From Prochlorococcus marinus str. NATL2A (GTDB lineage Bacteria > Cyanobacteriota > Cyanobacteriia > PCC-6307 > Cyanobiaceae): 32,000 nucleotides of DNA. The translations under genes and the position numbers were made by a program. Positions 9,447 through 17,885 of this stretch are shown here, piece after piece; positions within the stretch are counted from its first letter, which is position 1, and each line of letters starts with the position of its first letter. The stretch lies in contig NC_007335.2 of NCBI RefSeq assembly GCF_000012465.1, forward strand, positions 180,001-212,000, given 5' to 3'. The notes beneath the pieces are model-generated. The model was not told where the DNA came from. It ran no database searches and saw only the letters and a list, made by a program, of their open reading frames with translations.

Positions 9447-11063
9447 ATGCTAATTCCTGAGCCAATTCTAGCCCATTTCCCTTGGTTAAGTTTATCCATA
9501 TTCTTTCCCATTGTTGGGGCATTAATTGTTCCTTTTATTCCAGATAAAGGAGAAGGGAAAGAAGTTCGATGGTATGCACTAATAATTGCTTTAATTACTT
9601 TTCTAATTACTGTTGCTGCTTACTTCAAAGGCTTTGATCCAAGTCAAGAAGGCTTGCAATTGTATGAAAAAGTTAGTTGGCTCCCCGATCTTGGATTGAC
9701 TTGGTCTGTTGGAGCAGATGGCTTGTCAATGCCATTGATATTGCTTACAAGTTTCATAACTTCTCTTGCAGTTTTGGCAGCATGGCCAGTTAGCTATAAA
9801 CCAAAATTATTTTTCTTTTTAATTCTTGCTATGGATGGCGGCCAGATAGCTGTCTTTGCAGTTCAAGATATGTTGCTTTTCTTTCTAGCTTGGGAATTGG
9901 AGTTATTCCCGGTGTATTTATTCCTGGCAATCTGGGGCGGAAAGAAAAGGCAATATGCGGCGACAAAATTTATTATCTACACAGCAGGCAGCTCGTTATT
10001 TATTCTTCTTGCTGGTCTTGCAATGGGTTTCTTTCAAGGTGGAGGAATGCCAGATTTTGGATATACCCATTTAGCTCAGCAAAATTTTGGTAAGGGGTTT
10101 CAACTACTTTGTTATTCAGGATTACTAATAGCTTTTGGCGTCAAACTACCTATTGTTCCTCTTCATACTTGGTTGCCAGACGCCCATGGAGAGGCCACTG
10201 CTCCCGTGCATATGCTCCTGGCAGGAATACTTTTAAAGATGGGTGGATATGCTCTCCTTAGATTTAATGCACAATTACTGCCTGATGCTCATGCCCAATT
10301 TGCACCATTGTTAATTGTTCTGGGCGTAGTCAATATTATTTATGCAGCTTTAACTTCTTTTGCTCAAAGAAATTTAAAAAGGAAAATTGCATACAGCTCA
10401 ATAAGTCATATGGGTTTTGTTTTGATAGGTATTGGAAGCTTTAGTTCTCTAGGAACTAGTGGTGCGATGTTGCAAATGGTTAGCCACGGTTTAATAGGAG
10501 CAAGCTTGTTTTTCCTTGTTGGTGCAACTTACGACAGAACTCACACTCTTCAATTAGATGAGATGGGTGGTATCGGCCAAAACATGAGGATTATGTTTGC
10601 TTTATGGACTGCATGCGCTTTTGCTTCTCTTGCTTTACCTGGAATGAGTGGATTTATCTCAGAATTAATGGTCTTTGTTGGGTTTGTAACTGATGAAGTT
10701 TATACACTTCCATTTAGAATTGTTGTTGCTTCATTGGCTGCAATAGGAGTCATTTTGACACCTATATATTTATTATCGATGCTTAGAGAAATTTTCTTTG
10801 GGAAAGAGAATGCGAAGTTAATATCCAAAGCAAAGTTGGTAGATGCAGAACCTAGAGAGATTTATATTATTGCTTGTTTATTAGTTCCAATTATTGGTAT
10901 TGGTTTGTATCCCAAAATCATGACTGATACTTACATATCATCAATTGATGGATTGGTTAAAAGAGATTTGTTAGCTGTTGAGAGGATTAGAAGTGATCAA
11001 ACAACAATTATTAGTAATTCAAATTTATCAATTGGGACTATTGAAGCCCCTCTACTTGATTGA
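9447..11063 (+). CDS. ndhD: NAD(P)H-quinone oxidoreductase subunit 4 (NDH-1 NdhD, NuoM family)
   Basis: NuoM-type motifs are present ([35 protein letters not shown]). The ORF track begins at TTG 9408, but the ATG at 9447 ([15 protein letters not shown]) gives a typical 538-aa NdhD. The start is uncertain by 13 codons. Confidence 0.93.
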   Translation: MLIPEPILAHFPWLSLSIFFPIVGALIVPFIPDKGEGKEVRWYALIIALITFLITVAAYFKGFDPSQEGLQLYEKVSWLPDLGLTWSVGADGLSMPLILLTSFITSLAVLAAWPVSYKPKLFFFLILAMDGGQIAVFAVQDMLLFFLAWELELFPVYLFLAIWGGKKRQYAATKFIIYTAGSSLFILLAGLAMGFFQGGGMPDFGYTHLAQQNFGKGFQLLCYSGLLIAFGVKLPIVPLHTWLPDAHGEATAPVHMLLAGILLKMGGYALLRFNAQLLPDAHAQFAPLLIVLGVVNIIYAALTSFAQRNLKRKIAYSSISHMGFVLIGIGSFSSLGTSGAMLQMVSHGLIGASLFFLVGATYDRTHTLQLDEMGGIGQNMRIMFALWTACAFASLALPGMSGFISELMVFVGFVTDEVYTLPFRIVVASLAAIGVILTPIYLLSMLREIFFGKENAKLISKAKLVDAEPREIYIIACLLVPIIGIGLYPKIMTDTYISSIDGLVKRDLLAVERIRSDQTTIISNSNLSIGTIEAPLLD

Positions 11064-11127
11064 AAATTTTTTCATCTGGCATTACATCCAGAATAGAGAT
11101 AACTTGCTTTTAGACTCATATTTTTAA

Positions 11128-12021
11128 TTGCCAGTTGATCTTTTAACTCAATCTGCAGATTCTGGCGCTAGACTTGCTATACGCTTATTGCAAGATGCTG
11201 CTCAAAGAGGAGATATTGATCCTTGGGATGTAGATGTTATTCCAGTTGTAGATGGTTTTTTGGATCAACTTAAACAGCGTATTGAAATCCCAAAAAAAAT
11301 TTCACAACATTTCAGCCAAAATGGTGGAAGTTATGAGGTTGATTTAGCTCAGAGTAGTGAGGCATTTTTAGCGGCTTCTGTCTTGGTTGGTCTAAAGGCG
11401 GAGGTACTTGAGGCTGAAATGTTCTCTGTTGATATGGAAGTTGAAGAAGATTCAGAATTGGATTTTGGTGAACAGGGTTGGCTAGATGAAAGTTTTCAAT
11501 TACCTGTTCGACCAGAGAGACATCTTTTCAGAAGGCCCGTTGCACCTCCTCCATTTAGAAGGCCAGTTACTCTTGGAGAATTAATAAATCAGCTTGAGAC
11601 AATTGCAGAATCTTTGAAAAATGATGATTTGAATAATCGTAGAAATTTACGACAAAAAAAATTAAGCAATAGGGAGGTTATTGCTCAGGTTTCATCTCTT
11701 GCTCATAGAGAAAAATTACCCGAAACCACTGCTGCGTTAGCGATTTTTATAAATAAGTGGGAGAAAGCTTTGCACTGGGTTGATTTTGAACTATTAGTTA
11801 AGAGTTGGAAAGAAAATTCTGCCTCAAATGATTTGGATACCGATAGGGTAGGAGTTTTTTGGGCTTTATTGTTTTTATGCTCTCAGGGCAAGGTGGAGAT
11901 TGATCAAAAAGGTTCTTTGTTCTCTCCCATAAGCCTAAAGAGGCTTTTGCAACCAGGAATGGTTGCGCAACTTCCCCTCGCTTCTTTAGACGTGACAGAT
12001 GTCTCGCCGGCTGCTGCTTAG
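11128..12021 (+). CDS. scpA: Segregation and condensation protein A (kleisin of SMC-ScpAB)
   Basis: 297-aa ORF with an N-terminal ScpA-like segment (AIRLLQDAAQRGDIDPWDVDVIPVVDGF). It also has a central RRPVTLGELINQLE motif and a C-terminal winged-helix-like region (VFWALLFLCSQGKVEIDQ). The start must be non-ATG (TTG 11128), because the first in-frame Met lies far inside. Confidence 0.75.
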   Translation: MPVDLLTQSADSGARLAIRLLQDAAQRGDIDPWDVDVIPVVDGFLDQLKQRIEIPKKISQHFSQNGGSYEVDLAQSSEAFLAASVLVGLKAEVLEAEMFSVDMEVEEDSELDFGEQGWLDESFQLPVRPERHLFRRPVAPPPFRRPVTLGELINQLETIAESLKNDDLNNRRNLRQKKLSNREVIAQVSSLAHREKLPETTAALAIFINKWEKALHWVDFELLVKSWKENSASNDLDTDRVGVFWALLFLCSQGKVEIDQKGSLFSPISLKRLLQPGMVAQLPLASLDVTDVSPAAA

Positions 12022-12077
12022 CTCTTTGTGGAGGCAGCATTCTATGTTGGCCTTGTTGAGATTAGGTTAAACCGCCT

Positions 12078-13256
12078 ATGAAGGCGATGATCCTAGCTGC
12101 TGGGAAAGGAACCCGAGTTCAGCCGATCACGCATGTGATTCCAAAGCCAATGATTCCTATCCTTCAGAAACCTGTAATGGAGTTTTTGTTGGAACTCCTT
12201 AAGGAGCACGGTTTTACTGAGGTTATGGTCAATGTTTCCCATTTAGCAGAAGAAATAGAAAATTATTTTCGAGATGGACAAAGATTTGGAGTCGAAATTG
12301 CATACAGCTTTGAAGGTCGTATTGAAGACGGAGAATTAATTGGTGATGCACTTGGATCAGCGGGTGGTCTGAAAAAAATTCAAGATTTTCAAAAGTTTTT
12401 TGATGATACTTTTGTCGTCCTATGTGGAGATGCATTAATTGATTTGGATTTATCTGAAGCAGTAAAACGACATAAAGAAAAAGGTGCTTTGGCTAGTTTG
12501 ATTACTAAACGTGTCTCAAAAGATCAAGTAAGCAGTTATGGCGTTGTTGTAACTGATGAAGAGGATCGAGTTAAAGCTTTTCAAGAAAAACCTTCTATAG
12601 ATAATGCGCTAGGCGATACGATTAATACTGGAATTTATTTATTTGAGCCAGAAATTTTTAATTATATTCCATCTGGAAAACCCTTTGATATTGGCTCAGA
12701 TTTGTTTCCAAAATTAGTAGAGGAAGGAGCACCTTTCTATGCTTTACCAATGGATTTTGAGTGGGTTGATATTGGTAAAGTACCAGATTATTGGAGAGCA
12801 ATCAGGAATGTACTTAAAGGTGATGTTAGACAGGTTGAAATCCCAGGAAAGCAAGTAAGACCTGGAATCTATACTGGTTTAAATGTTGCAGCTAATTGGG
12901 ATAAAATAAATGTGAAAGGACCTATATATGTTGGTGGAATGACAAGGATTGAAGATGGTGTAACTATCGTTGGTCCCTCTATGATTGGTCCAAGTTGTTG
13001 TATTTGTGAAGGCGCAACAATTGATAATTCAATAATCTTTGATTATTCATTAATTGGGCCAGGAGTTCAACTTGTGGAGAAGTTAGTCTTTGGTAGATAT
13101 TGTGTTGGTAAAGAAGGAGATCACTTTGATTTACAAGAAGCTGCTTTAGATTGGTTGATAACTGATGCTAGAAGACAGGACTTAGGCGAACCATCACCTC
13201 AACAAAAAGCAATGGCTGAATTATTAGGTACTGATCTGATTGGTTCTTCTAATTAA
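12078..13256 (+). CDS. Sugar-phosphate nucleotidyltransferase (mannose-1-P guanylyltransferase-like) with a C-terminal left-handed beta-helix
   Basis: The N-terminal motif MILAAGKGTRVQPIT..PKPMIPI is the G-x-G-T-R NTP-transferase signature. The hexapeptide-repeat-like C-terminus reads VTIVGPSMIGPSCCICEGATIDNSII. Confidence 0.82.
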   Translation: MKAMILAAGKGTRVQPITHVIPKPMIPILQKPVMEFLLELLKEHGFTEVMVNVSHLAEEIENYFRDGQRFGVEIAYSFEGRIEDGELIGDALGSAGGLKKIQDFQKFFDDTFVVLCGDALIDLDLSEAVKRHKEKGALASLITKRVSKDQVSSYGVVVTDEEDRVKAFQEKPSIDNALGDTINTGIYLFEPEIFNYIPSGKPFDIGSDLFPKLVEEGAPFYALPMDFEWVDIGKVPDYWRAIRNVLKGDVRQVEIPGKQVRPGIYTGLNVAANWDKINVKGPIYVGGMTRIEDGVTIVGPSMIGPSCCICEGATIDNSIIFDYSLIGPGVQLVEKLVFGRYCVGKEGDHFDLQEAALDWLITDARRQDLGEPSPQQKAMAELLGTDLIGSSN

Positions 13257-14130
13257 TATTTGCTCTATCTAAAATTATCGGTATTTGTTGTTCTGCTTTA
13301 ACGGCCATAAGGTGAACTCCTTGAGCAATCCCTAGAAAACTTTTTACTTGGTCAGCAGCAATTGATATGCCTTCATCAATAGGGTTGGATGAACTTTCAA
13401 GTCTGGAAATAATTGATTCGGGTATGCATGCACCTGGTACTACACGATTGATGAATTGTGCATTTTTAGCAGATTTGAGCAGAAAAACTCCAGCCAAAAC
13501 AGGAATTTTCATAGGCTCTGTTATTTCCCTGCAAAATCGTTCAAGTACTTTAGGGTCCATAACCATTTGAGTTTGAAGGAAATTTGCACCCGCGGTTTTT
13601 TTGAGTTCTATTCTCCTTCTTAAGCTATCAAACCCTCTGCAATTTGGATCAGCCGCAGCTCCAGCAAATAAATTAGTTGGGCCATCAGGTAATAAATCAG
13701 ACACGGGATCTATTCCTTTGTTAAGTGATGTGACTTGCTTAATAAGCTCTATTGAGTTGAAGTCTTGAACTGATTTGGCTTGAGATTGGTCTCCTACTCG
13801 TACGGGATCGCCAGTTAAACAGAGGATATTTGTTATCCCTAAAGCATGTGCTCCTAGTAATTCAGCTTGTAATGCTATTCGATTTCTATCCCTACATGAT
13901 AATTGTAAGACTGGTTCAAGATTTGCCTCTAAAAGCAGCTTGCATAAGGCTAGGCTACTCATTCTCATTATTGCCCTGCTGCCATCTGTAACATTAAAAC
14001 CATGTACAAGGTCTTTTAATTTTATGGCTTTTGAAATAGCTGAAGCTGTATTACCTCCTCTAGGAGGCATGATTTCAGCAGTAATAGCTGACAAGCCAGA
14101 TTCAAGTCGTTTTTGAAGTTTAGATTTCAC
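13249..14130 (-). CDS. metF: Methylenetetrahydrofolate reductase
   Basis: 293-aa ORF with MTHFR-family features (AEIMPPRG, FNVTDGS, CRDRNRIALQAELLGAHALGITNILCLTGDP). Its 3' end overlaps the convergent nucleotidyltransferase gene by 8 nt. Confidence 0.85.
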   Translation of the reverse strand: MKSKLQKRLESGLSAITAEIMPPRGGNTASAISKAIKLKDLVHGFNVTDGSRAIMRMSSLALCKLLLEANLEPVLQLSCRDRNRIALQAELLGAHALGITNILCLTGDPVRVGDQSQAKSVQDFNSIELIKQVTSLNKGIDPVSDLLPDGPTNLFAGAAADPNCRGFDSLRRRIELKKTAGANFLQTQMVMDPKVLERFCREITEPMKIPVLAGVFLLKSAKNAQFINRVVPGACIPESIISRLESSSNPIDEGISIAADQVKSFLGIAQGVHLMAVKAEQQIPIILDRANIN

Positions 14131-14214
14131 ATGTATTTTTTACTAGATAATTACTATCGGTGATTAAAGGCCCTAATCTAAGTAGTATTAATTAATGAGT
14201 TGTGAGTGAGGGGA

Positions 14215-14490
14215 ATGTTTACAGGAGAGATCGCTAATTCGTCCCACATGGGACTCTCAGCTAGGGAAATGGAGATCATTGGATTAGTTGCAGATGGCCT
14301 GACTAATCAAGAGATTGCTGAAAAACTGACAATTAGCAAAAGGACTGTAGACAACCATGTCAGCAATATGTTTACTAAAACAGGTTCGAAAAACAGAGTG
14401 GCTTTGTTGAACTGGGCAATGGATCATGGAAAAATCTGCCGAGATGGGTTCAATTGTTGTTCATTGCCCGATGATGAAACAGATTCTTAA
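14215..14490 (+). CDS. Stand-alone LuxR/GerE-type HTH transcriptional regulator (no receiver or ligand domain)
   Basis: LSAREMEIIGLVADGLTNQEIAEKLTISKRTVDNHVSNMFTKTGSKNRVALLNWA is a complete GerE-type HTH. The C-terminal tail is CRDGFNCCSLPDDETDS. The start could be GTG 14206, ATG 14215 or ATG 14248. Confidence 0.8.
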   Translation: MFTGEIANSSHMGLSAREMEIIGLVADGLTNQEIAEKLTISKRTVDNHVSNMFTKTGSKNRVALLNWAMDHGKICRDGFNCCSLPDDETDS

Positions 14491-14709
14491 TAGAACTAAT
14501 TGTTGTCGCCCTCAGTAAGATCTGATAAGGGCATTAGAGAAAATTCAATTGATGAAAACTCAAATAACTTTGCATATGCGATGCAAGCTTCCTTGTCAGA
14601 ACAAGTGAATCGAAGAATACCTTCTGTGTCGTAAAGACCATACAAGTTATACCTCTTGCAAAGAATGCATAAATCGCTAGAAATTATCTAACGATTATTA
14701 AGATAATCT

Positions 14710-14733
14710 AAAGGACAGGCTGCCTTTTTGTTT
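14710..14733 (+). terminator. Weak hairpin plus T-run (AAAGG-N8-CCTTT then TTGTTT), a possible terminator at the right end of the 241-bp gap
   Basis: Read from the sequence: aaagg acaggctg ccttt ttgttt. There are only 5 bp of stem, two of them G-C. On the minus strand the same hairpin follows the CYTH stop but lacks a T-run. Confidence 0.25.
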
Positions 14734-15232
14734 AGAGGCTTTTGATTTTTATCCTATCTTTTACTGACAATTCAGAAATTGGTGCTTTTGCAAGAGAAGC
14801 ATTGCTCAATGATTTGATCCCAGTTATCTCTTTCCCACACCATGATGGGACTTGAATTTCTTCTGATTCAGAATTCAACTCAATTTCAGCAATTTTTAAA
14901 TACGAATTTGACTCTTCAAAAACATCAACTACCCAATTTTTTTTATTTATTTTTAGCTGATATCGAATTTTAGTAATTTTATATTTTGACAATTGTATTA
15001 ATTCAATAGCATCTTTTCTAGGAATTGAATATTCAAACTCGTAGTTTGCTAGTCCATTTAAAGAGGACTTTAATGTTATGTATCCTTTATTATTATCGAT
15101 GATCCTTACTCGAGTAGCCCATTCATCTACACTTGAATTTAAGTAGGCTTGACTAACACTCTCACTTCGTATTACCTGATCTTTCCAATCTTCATTTGCA
15201 ACTAAGAATCTTCTTTCAATTTCTATACCCAT
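14732..15232 (-). CDS. CYTH-domain protein (triphosphate tunnel metalloenzyme / CyaB-like class IV cyclase superfamily)
   Basis: 166-aa ORF beginning MGIEIERRFLV, matching the ExExK/R signature of CYTH. Charged residues then alternate along beta-strands (RVRI, LKS, EFEYSI, KIRY, VDVFE, AEIEL). Confidence 0.8.
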   Translation of the reverse strand: MGIEIERRFLVANEDWKDQVIRSESVSQAYLNSSVDEWATRVRIIDNNKGYITLKSSLNGLANYEFEYSIPRKDAIELIQLSKYKITKIRYQLKINKKNWVVDVFEESNSYLKIAEIELNSESEEIQVPSWCGKEITGIKSLSNASLAKAPISELSVKDRIKIKSL

Positions 15233-15238
15233 AACTTC

Positions 15239-16147
15239 TTATTGTTTATTTGGATTGTTAAGGCTACTTGCCCAATGAAGCTTTTGAGTAATTGTCTTAT
15301 AATAAGAATGATTTTCATCTAAAATTATTATTGAGGTTGAGTGATTAGATTTCTTTATTAAGCATGTGTCTTCAGCTTCAATAAGACATCCACTAGATCC
15401 ATCTAACCATAACTTTATTTTTTGTTTCATACCTCTTATTGGTTTAATTACTAATTGAGATTCAGGAGGTACAACTATTGGCCTACTGGCCAAGCTCATT
15501 GGGCAAATAGCACTTACTATAATTGCATCCAAGGAAGGATGAATAATGGGTCCTCCAGCGGCCATAGAGTAAGCAGTTGACCCTGTTGGAGTAGAAAAGA
15601 TAAGTCCATCTCCCTTGTATCTATCTACAGCTTCACCATCTATTTCAAGGGCTAGGCTGCAAGTAGGTGCAATCTCATCTGTACAAGATCTTAAATAAAA
15701 ATCATTTAAGGCAAAAAATGATTTTTTAATTGTGTTTTCATTATTGTTCTTTTCTCTAAAAACAGTTGCTTCAAGCATCATTCTTTTTTGGATATTAAAT
15801 CTATTATTTGAAACTCTTTCCCAAAAAGTTTCTTGCTTTAAGATCTGACGATCGTGGGTCAAAAAGCCTAAATTCCCTCCAACATTAAAACTTAAGATAG
15901 GTATGTTTTTCGGGGATAAATATCTTGCGGCTCTTAAAACTGTTCCATCACCTCCTAGAACAATAGTGATTTCTGGTAAAACCTCAGATTTTAAAAATAA
16001 TTGATTAATGTTATTAGTTTCATTACTTATTTCGGAAAATAAAACTTTTTTCCCATAACCTTCAATTATTTTTTTACAATTTAAGGTTTCTTTGTATGCA
16101 GTATCACTATCTGATCTATATAAGATCCAGATCAGATTTGTTGTCAT
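15239..16147 (-). CDS. nadK: NAD+ kinase (ATP/polyphosphate-dependent)
   Basis: 302-aa ORF with GGDGTVLRAAR, NDFYL and STPTGSTAYSMAAGGPI motifs characteristic of NadK/PpnK. Confidence 0.92.
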   Translation of the reverse strand: MTTNLIWILYRSDSDTAYKETLNCKKIIEGYGKKVLFSEISNETNNINQLFLKSEVLPEITIVLGGDGTVLRAARYLSPKNIPILSFNVGGNLGFLTHDRQILKQETFWERVSNNRFNIQKRMMLEATVFREKNNNENTIKKSFFALNDFYLRSCTDEIAPTCSLALEIDGEAVDRYKGDGLIFSTPTGSTAYSMAAGGPIIHPSLDAIIVSAICPMSLASRPIVVPPESQLVIKPIRGMKQKIKLWLDGSSGCLIEAEDTCLIKKSNHSTSIIILDENHSYYKTITQKLHWASSLNNPNKQ

Positions 16148-16156
16148 TAAAAATAT

Positions 16157-16486
16157 CTACCATTTAAGTAGATTAAAACTTTCCATATCAATAGTAACTC
16201 TATTTCTATACAAGGAAAGTAGTATTGCTAGTCCAACTGCCGCCTCGGCTGCGGCTACGGTAATAACAAAAATTGAAAATACTTGCCCTCTAATTACTGA
16301 TCCATCTACATAGGATGAAAAACTCATAAGATTTATATTTACTGCGTTTAACATTAATTCTATGCTCATTAAAACACGAACCGCATTTCGACTATTTATT
16401 AATCCCCAAACACCAGTGCAAAAAAGGAATGCAGCAACTATGAGATAAGCCTGAAGAGGGACTGGTCCAATTGAATTTTCTAACAT
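16157..16486 (-). CDS. ndhE: NAD(P)H-quinone oxidoreductase subunit 4L (NdhE, NuoK family)
   Basis: 109-aa protein with three TM helices and a conserved [10 protein letters not shown]...[13 protein letters not shown] segment. It is the last gene of the ndhA-I-G-E order. Confidence 0.93.
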   Translation of the reverse strand: MLENSIGPVPLQAYLIVAAFLFCTGVWGLINSRNAVRVLMSIELMLNAVNINLMSFSSYVDGSVIRGQVFSIFVITVAAAEAAVGLAILLSLYRNRVTIDMESFNLLKW

Positions 16487-16520
16487 ATTTAGTATATAAA
16501 TGTTATGTATACAATTGATT

Positions 16521-17123
16521 TCATTTTATACTATTTTCGGAAAGAAGAGGAACTTTCCTATCACTTAAGGACTTTTGATTCTTTATATCATTCATATCAG
16601 CTCTTGGAATTGATACATCTCTTCTTGCTAATACGATTGCTCCAATCATAGCCATTAATAATAAAATCGAAGCAAGTTCAAAAGGTAATAAATAATCTGT
16701 GAATAGATGTTCACCTATTCTCTCAGTTGCTTCTTCACCAATAGAGGTTGGTCCTGGTAAGTTCCATTTGGTGGTAATGCTAACCCGCAATAATAGGATT
16801 AATAATCCACCACAAACCCCACCAGATATCAATTTTCTAGTTCTAAGACCTTTAATTGGTTTTAACTTTTCTTTATTATTAACTAACATAATTGCAAATA
16901 ATATCAAAACATTTACAGCTCCTACATATACAAGAATTTGAGCTGCAGCGACAAAACTAGCATTTAGCAAAAGATATAAACCTGCTACAGCCATAAATAC
17001 TCCGCCTAATAAAAATGCTGAGTAAACAATATTTTCTAATAAAACAACTGCCAAACTTCCAGAAACTATGACAGCACTAAGAATTAAAAAGCAAATTAAT
17101 TCTGTTGAATAAGCGATATTCAT
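16521..17123 (-). CDS. ndhG: NAD(P)H-quinone oxidoreductase subunit 6 (NdhG, NuoJ family)
   Basis: 200-aa membrane ORF ([22 protein letters not shown]). Its start overlaps the ndhI stop (ATGA on the minus strand, 17120-17123). Confidence 0.92.
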   Translation of the reverse strand: MNIAYSTELICFLILSAVIVSGSLAVVLLENIVYSAFLLGGVFMAVAGLYLLLNASFVAAAQILVYVGAVNVLILFAIMLVNNKEKLKPIKGLRTRKLISGGVCGGLLILLLRVSITTKWNLPGPTSIGEEATERIGEHLFTDYLLPFELASILLLMAMIGAIVLARRDVSIPRADMNDIKNQKSLSDRKVPLLSENSIK

Positions 17124-17776
17124 TTGTTAGTAGAATTTAATTTATTTGGAACCATATCCGACGAATTATTCTTACCTTCTTCTTCTGATTTATCTGCTTG
17201 CAGTTCTTTTATAATCTGACTTGGTAGCTTACCTGCTCTTAGTTGGTTCGCGGGTAATTCATGAGGGTCCATTATGCCCTTTGGCAAATAAGGTAATTCT
17301 CTGAGAGGACGAACTGATGGATCTGAAGTTACGCTTGTTGGTAGTCTTCCAAGAGCAACATTATCGTAGTTAAGGCTATGTCTATCAAATGCAGACAGTT
17401 CATATTCTTCTGTCATTGATAAGCAATTTGTAGGGCAATATTCAACGCAATTTCCACAAAAAATACATGCACCAAAGTCAATTGAATAATTTCTTAATTC
17501 TTTTTTCTTGGTTTCTTTATTCATTACCCAATCAACGACTGGCAGATTGATTGGGCATACCCTTACGCAAACTTCGCATGCAATGCACTTATCAAATTCA
17601 TAATGAATCCTCCCTCTATAGCGCTCAGAGGGGATTAGTTTTTCGTAAGGGTATTGAACCGTTACAGGCCTTCGACGCATGTGGTCGAATGTAACTCCTA
17701 GTCCATCAACTAAATATTTTGCTGCACTAACGGCTTCTTTAGTGTAGTCGGCAACTTTTTCAAGGAAACCAAGCAT
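17120..17776 (-). CDS. ndhI: NAD(P)H-quinone oxidoreductase subunit I (NdhI, 2x[4Fe-4S] ferredoxin-type)
   Basis: Two CxxCxxCxxxCP motifs are present ([24 protein letters not shown]). The ORF is 218 aa, with a ~45-aa hydrophilic C-terminal tail. Confidence 0.94.
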   Translation of the reverse strand: MLGFLEKVADYTKEAVSAAKYLVDGLGVTFDHMRRRPVTVQYPYEKLIPSERYRGRIHYEFDKCIACEVCVRVCPINLPVVDWVMNKETKKKELRNYSIDFGACIFCGNCVEYCPTNCLSMTEEYELSAFDRHSLNYDNVALGRLPTSVTSDPSVRPLRELPYLPKGIMDPHELPANQLRAGKLPSQIIKELQADKSEEEGKNNSSDMVPNKLNSTNK

Positions 17777-17885
17777 ATTAAATTTGATGCCGGCGGTCTA
17801 TATCTACAGTAATCATTATACAGTTTTTTTCAATTAAATGTAGGTACTTTTACTTAAAAAAACTAGCTAGTGTGTTGCTTTTCTA

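Noticed and set aside
9890-10093. 67-aa plus-strand ORF inside ndhD in another frame
   Set aside because: The ndhD frame is continuous and conserved through this region, so there is no frameshift and no reason to invoke an overlapping gene.
11075-11092. Hairpin TCTGG-cattacat-CCAGA after the ndhD stop, considered as a terminator
   Set aside because: It has only 5 bp of stem and no downstream T-run (ATAGAGAT follows), so it is not supportable as an intrinsic terminator.
11798-12040. 80-aa minus-strand ORF overlapping the 3' end of scpA
   Set aside because: It is antisense to the conserved C-terminal domain of ScpA. Its translation is Pro/Lys/Arg-rich with no motif.
14491-14731. Possibility that the 241-bp gap hides a tRNA or other known structured RNA
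   Set aside because: It has no GTTCGAATC-type T-loop and no cloverleaf-compatible arms. I recognise no Yfr1 (ACUCCUCACAC-like), 6S, tmRNA or RNase P motif. I kept it only as an unclassified sRNA/micro-ORF candidate.
16092-16941. Plus-strand ORFs 16092-16313 and 16699-16941, antisense to nadK/ndhE and ndhG
   Set aside because: They are antisense to strongly supported membrane-subunit genes. Hydrophobic genes typically yield long antisense ORFs, and these have no independent support.
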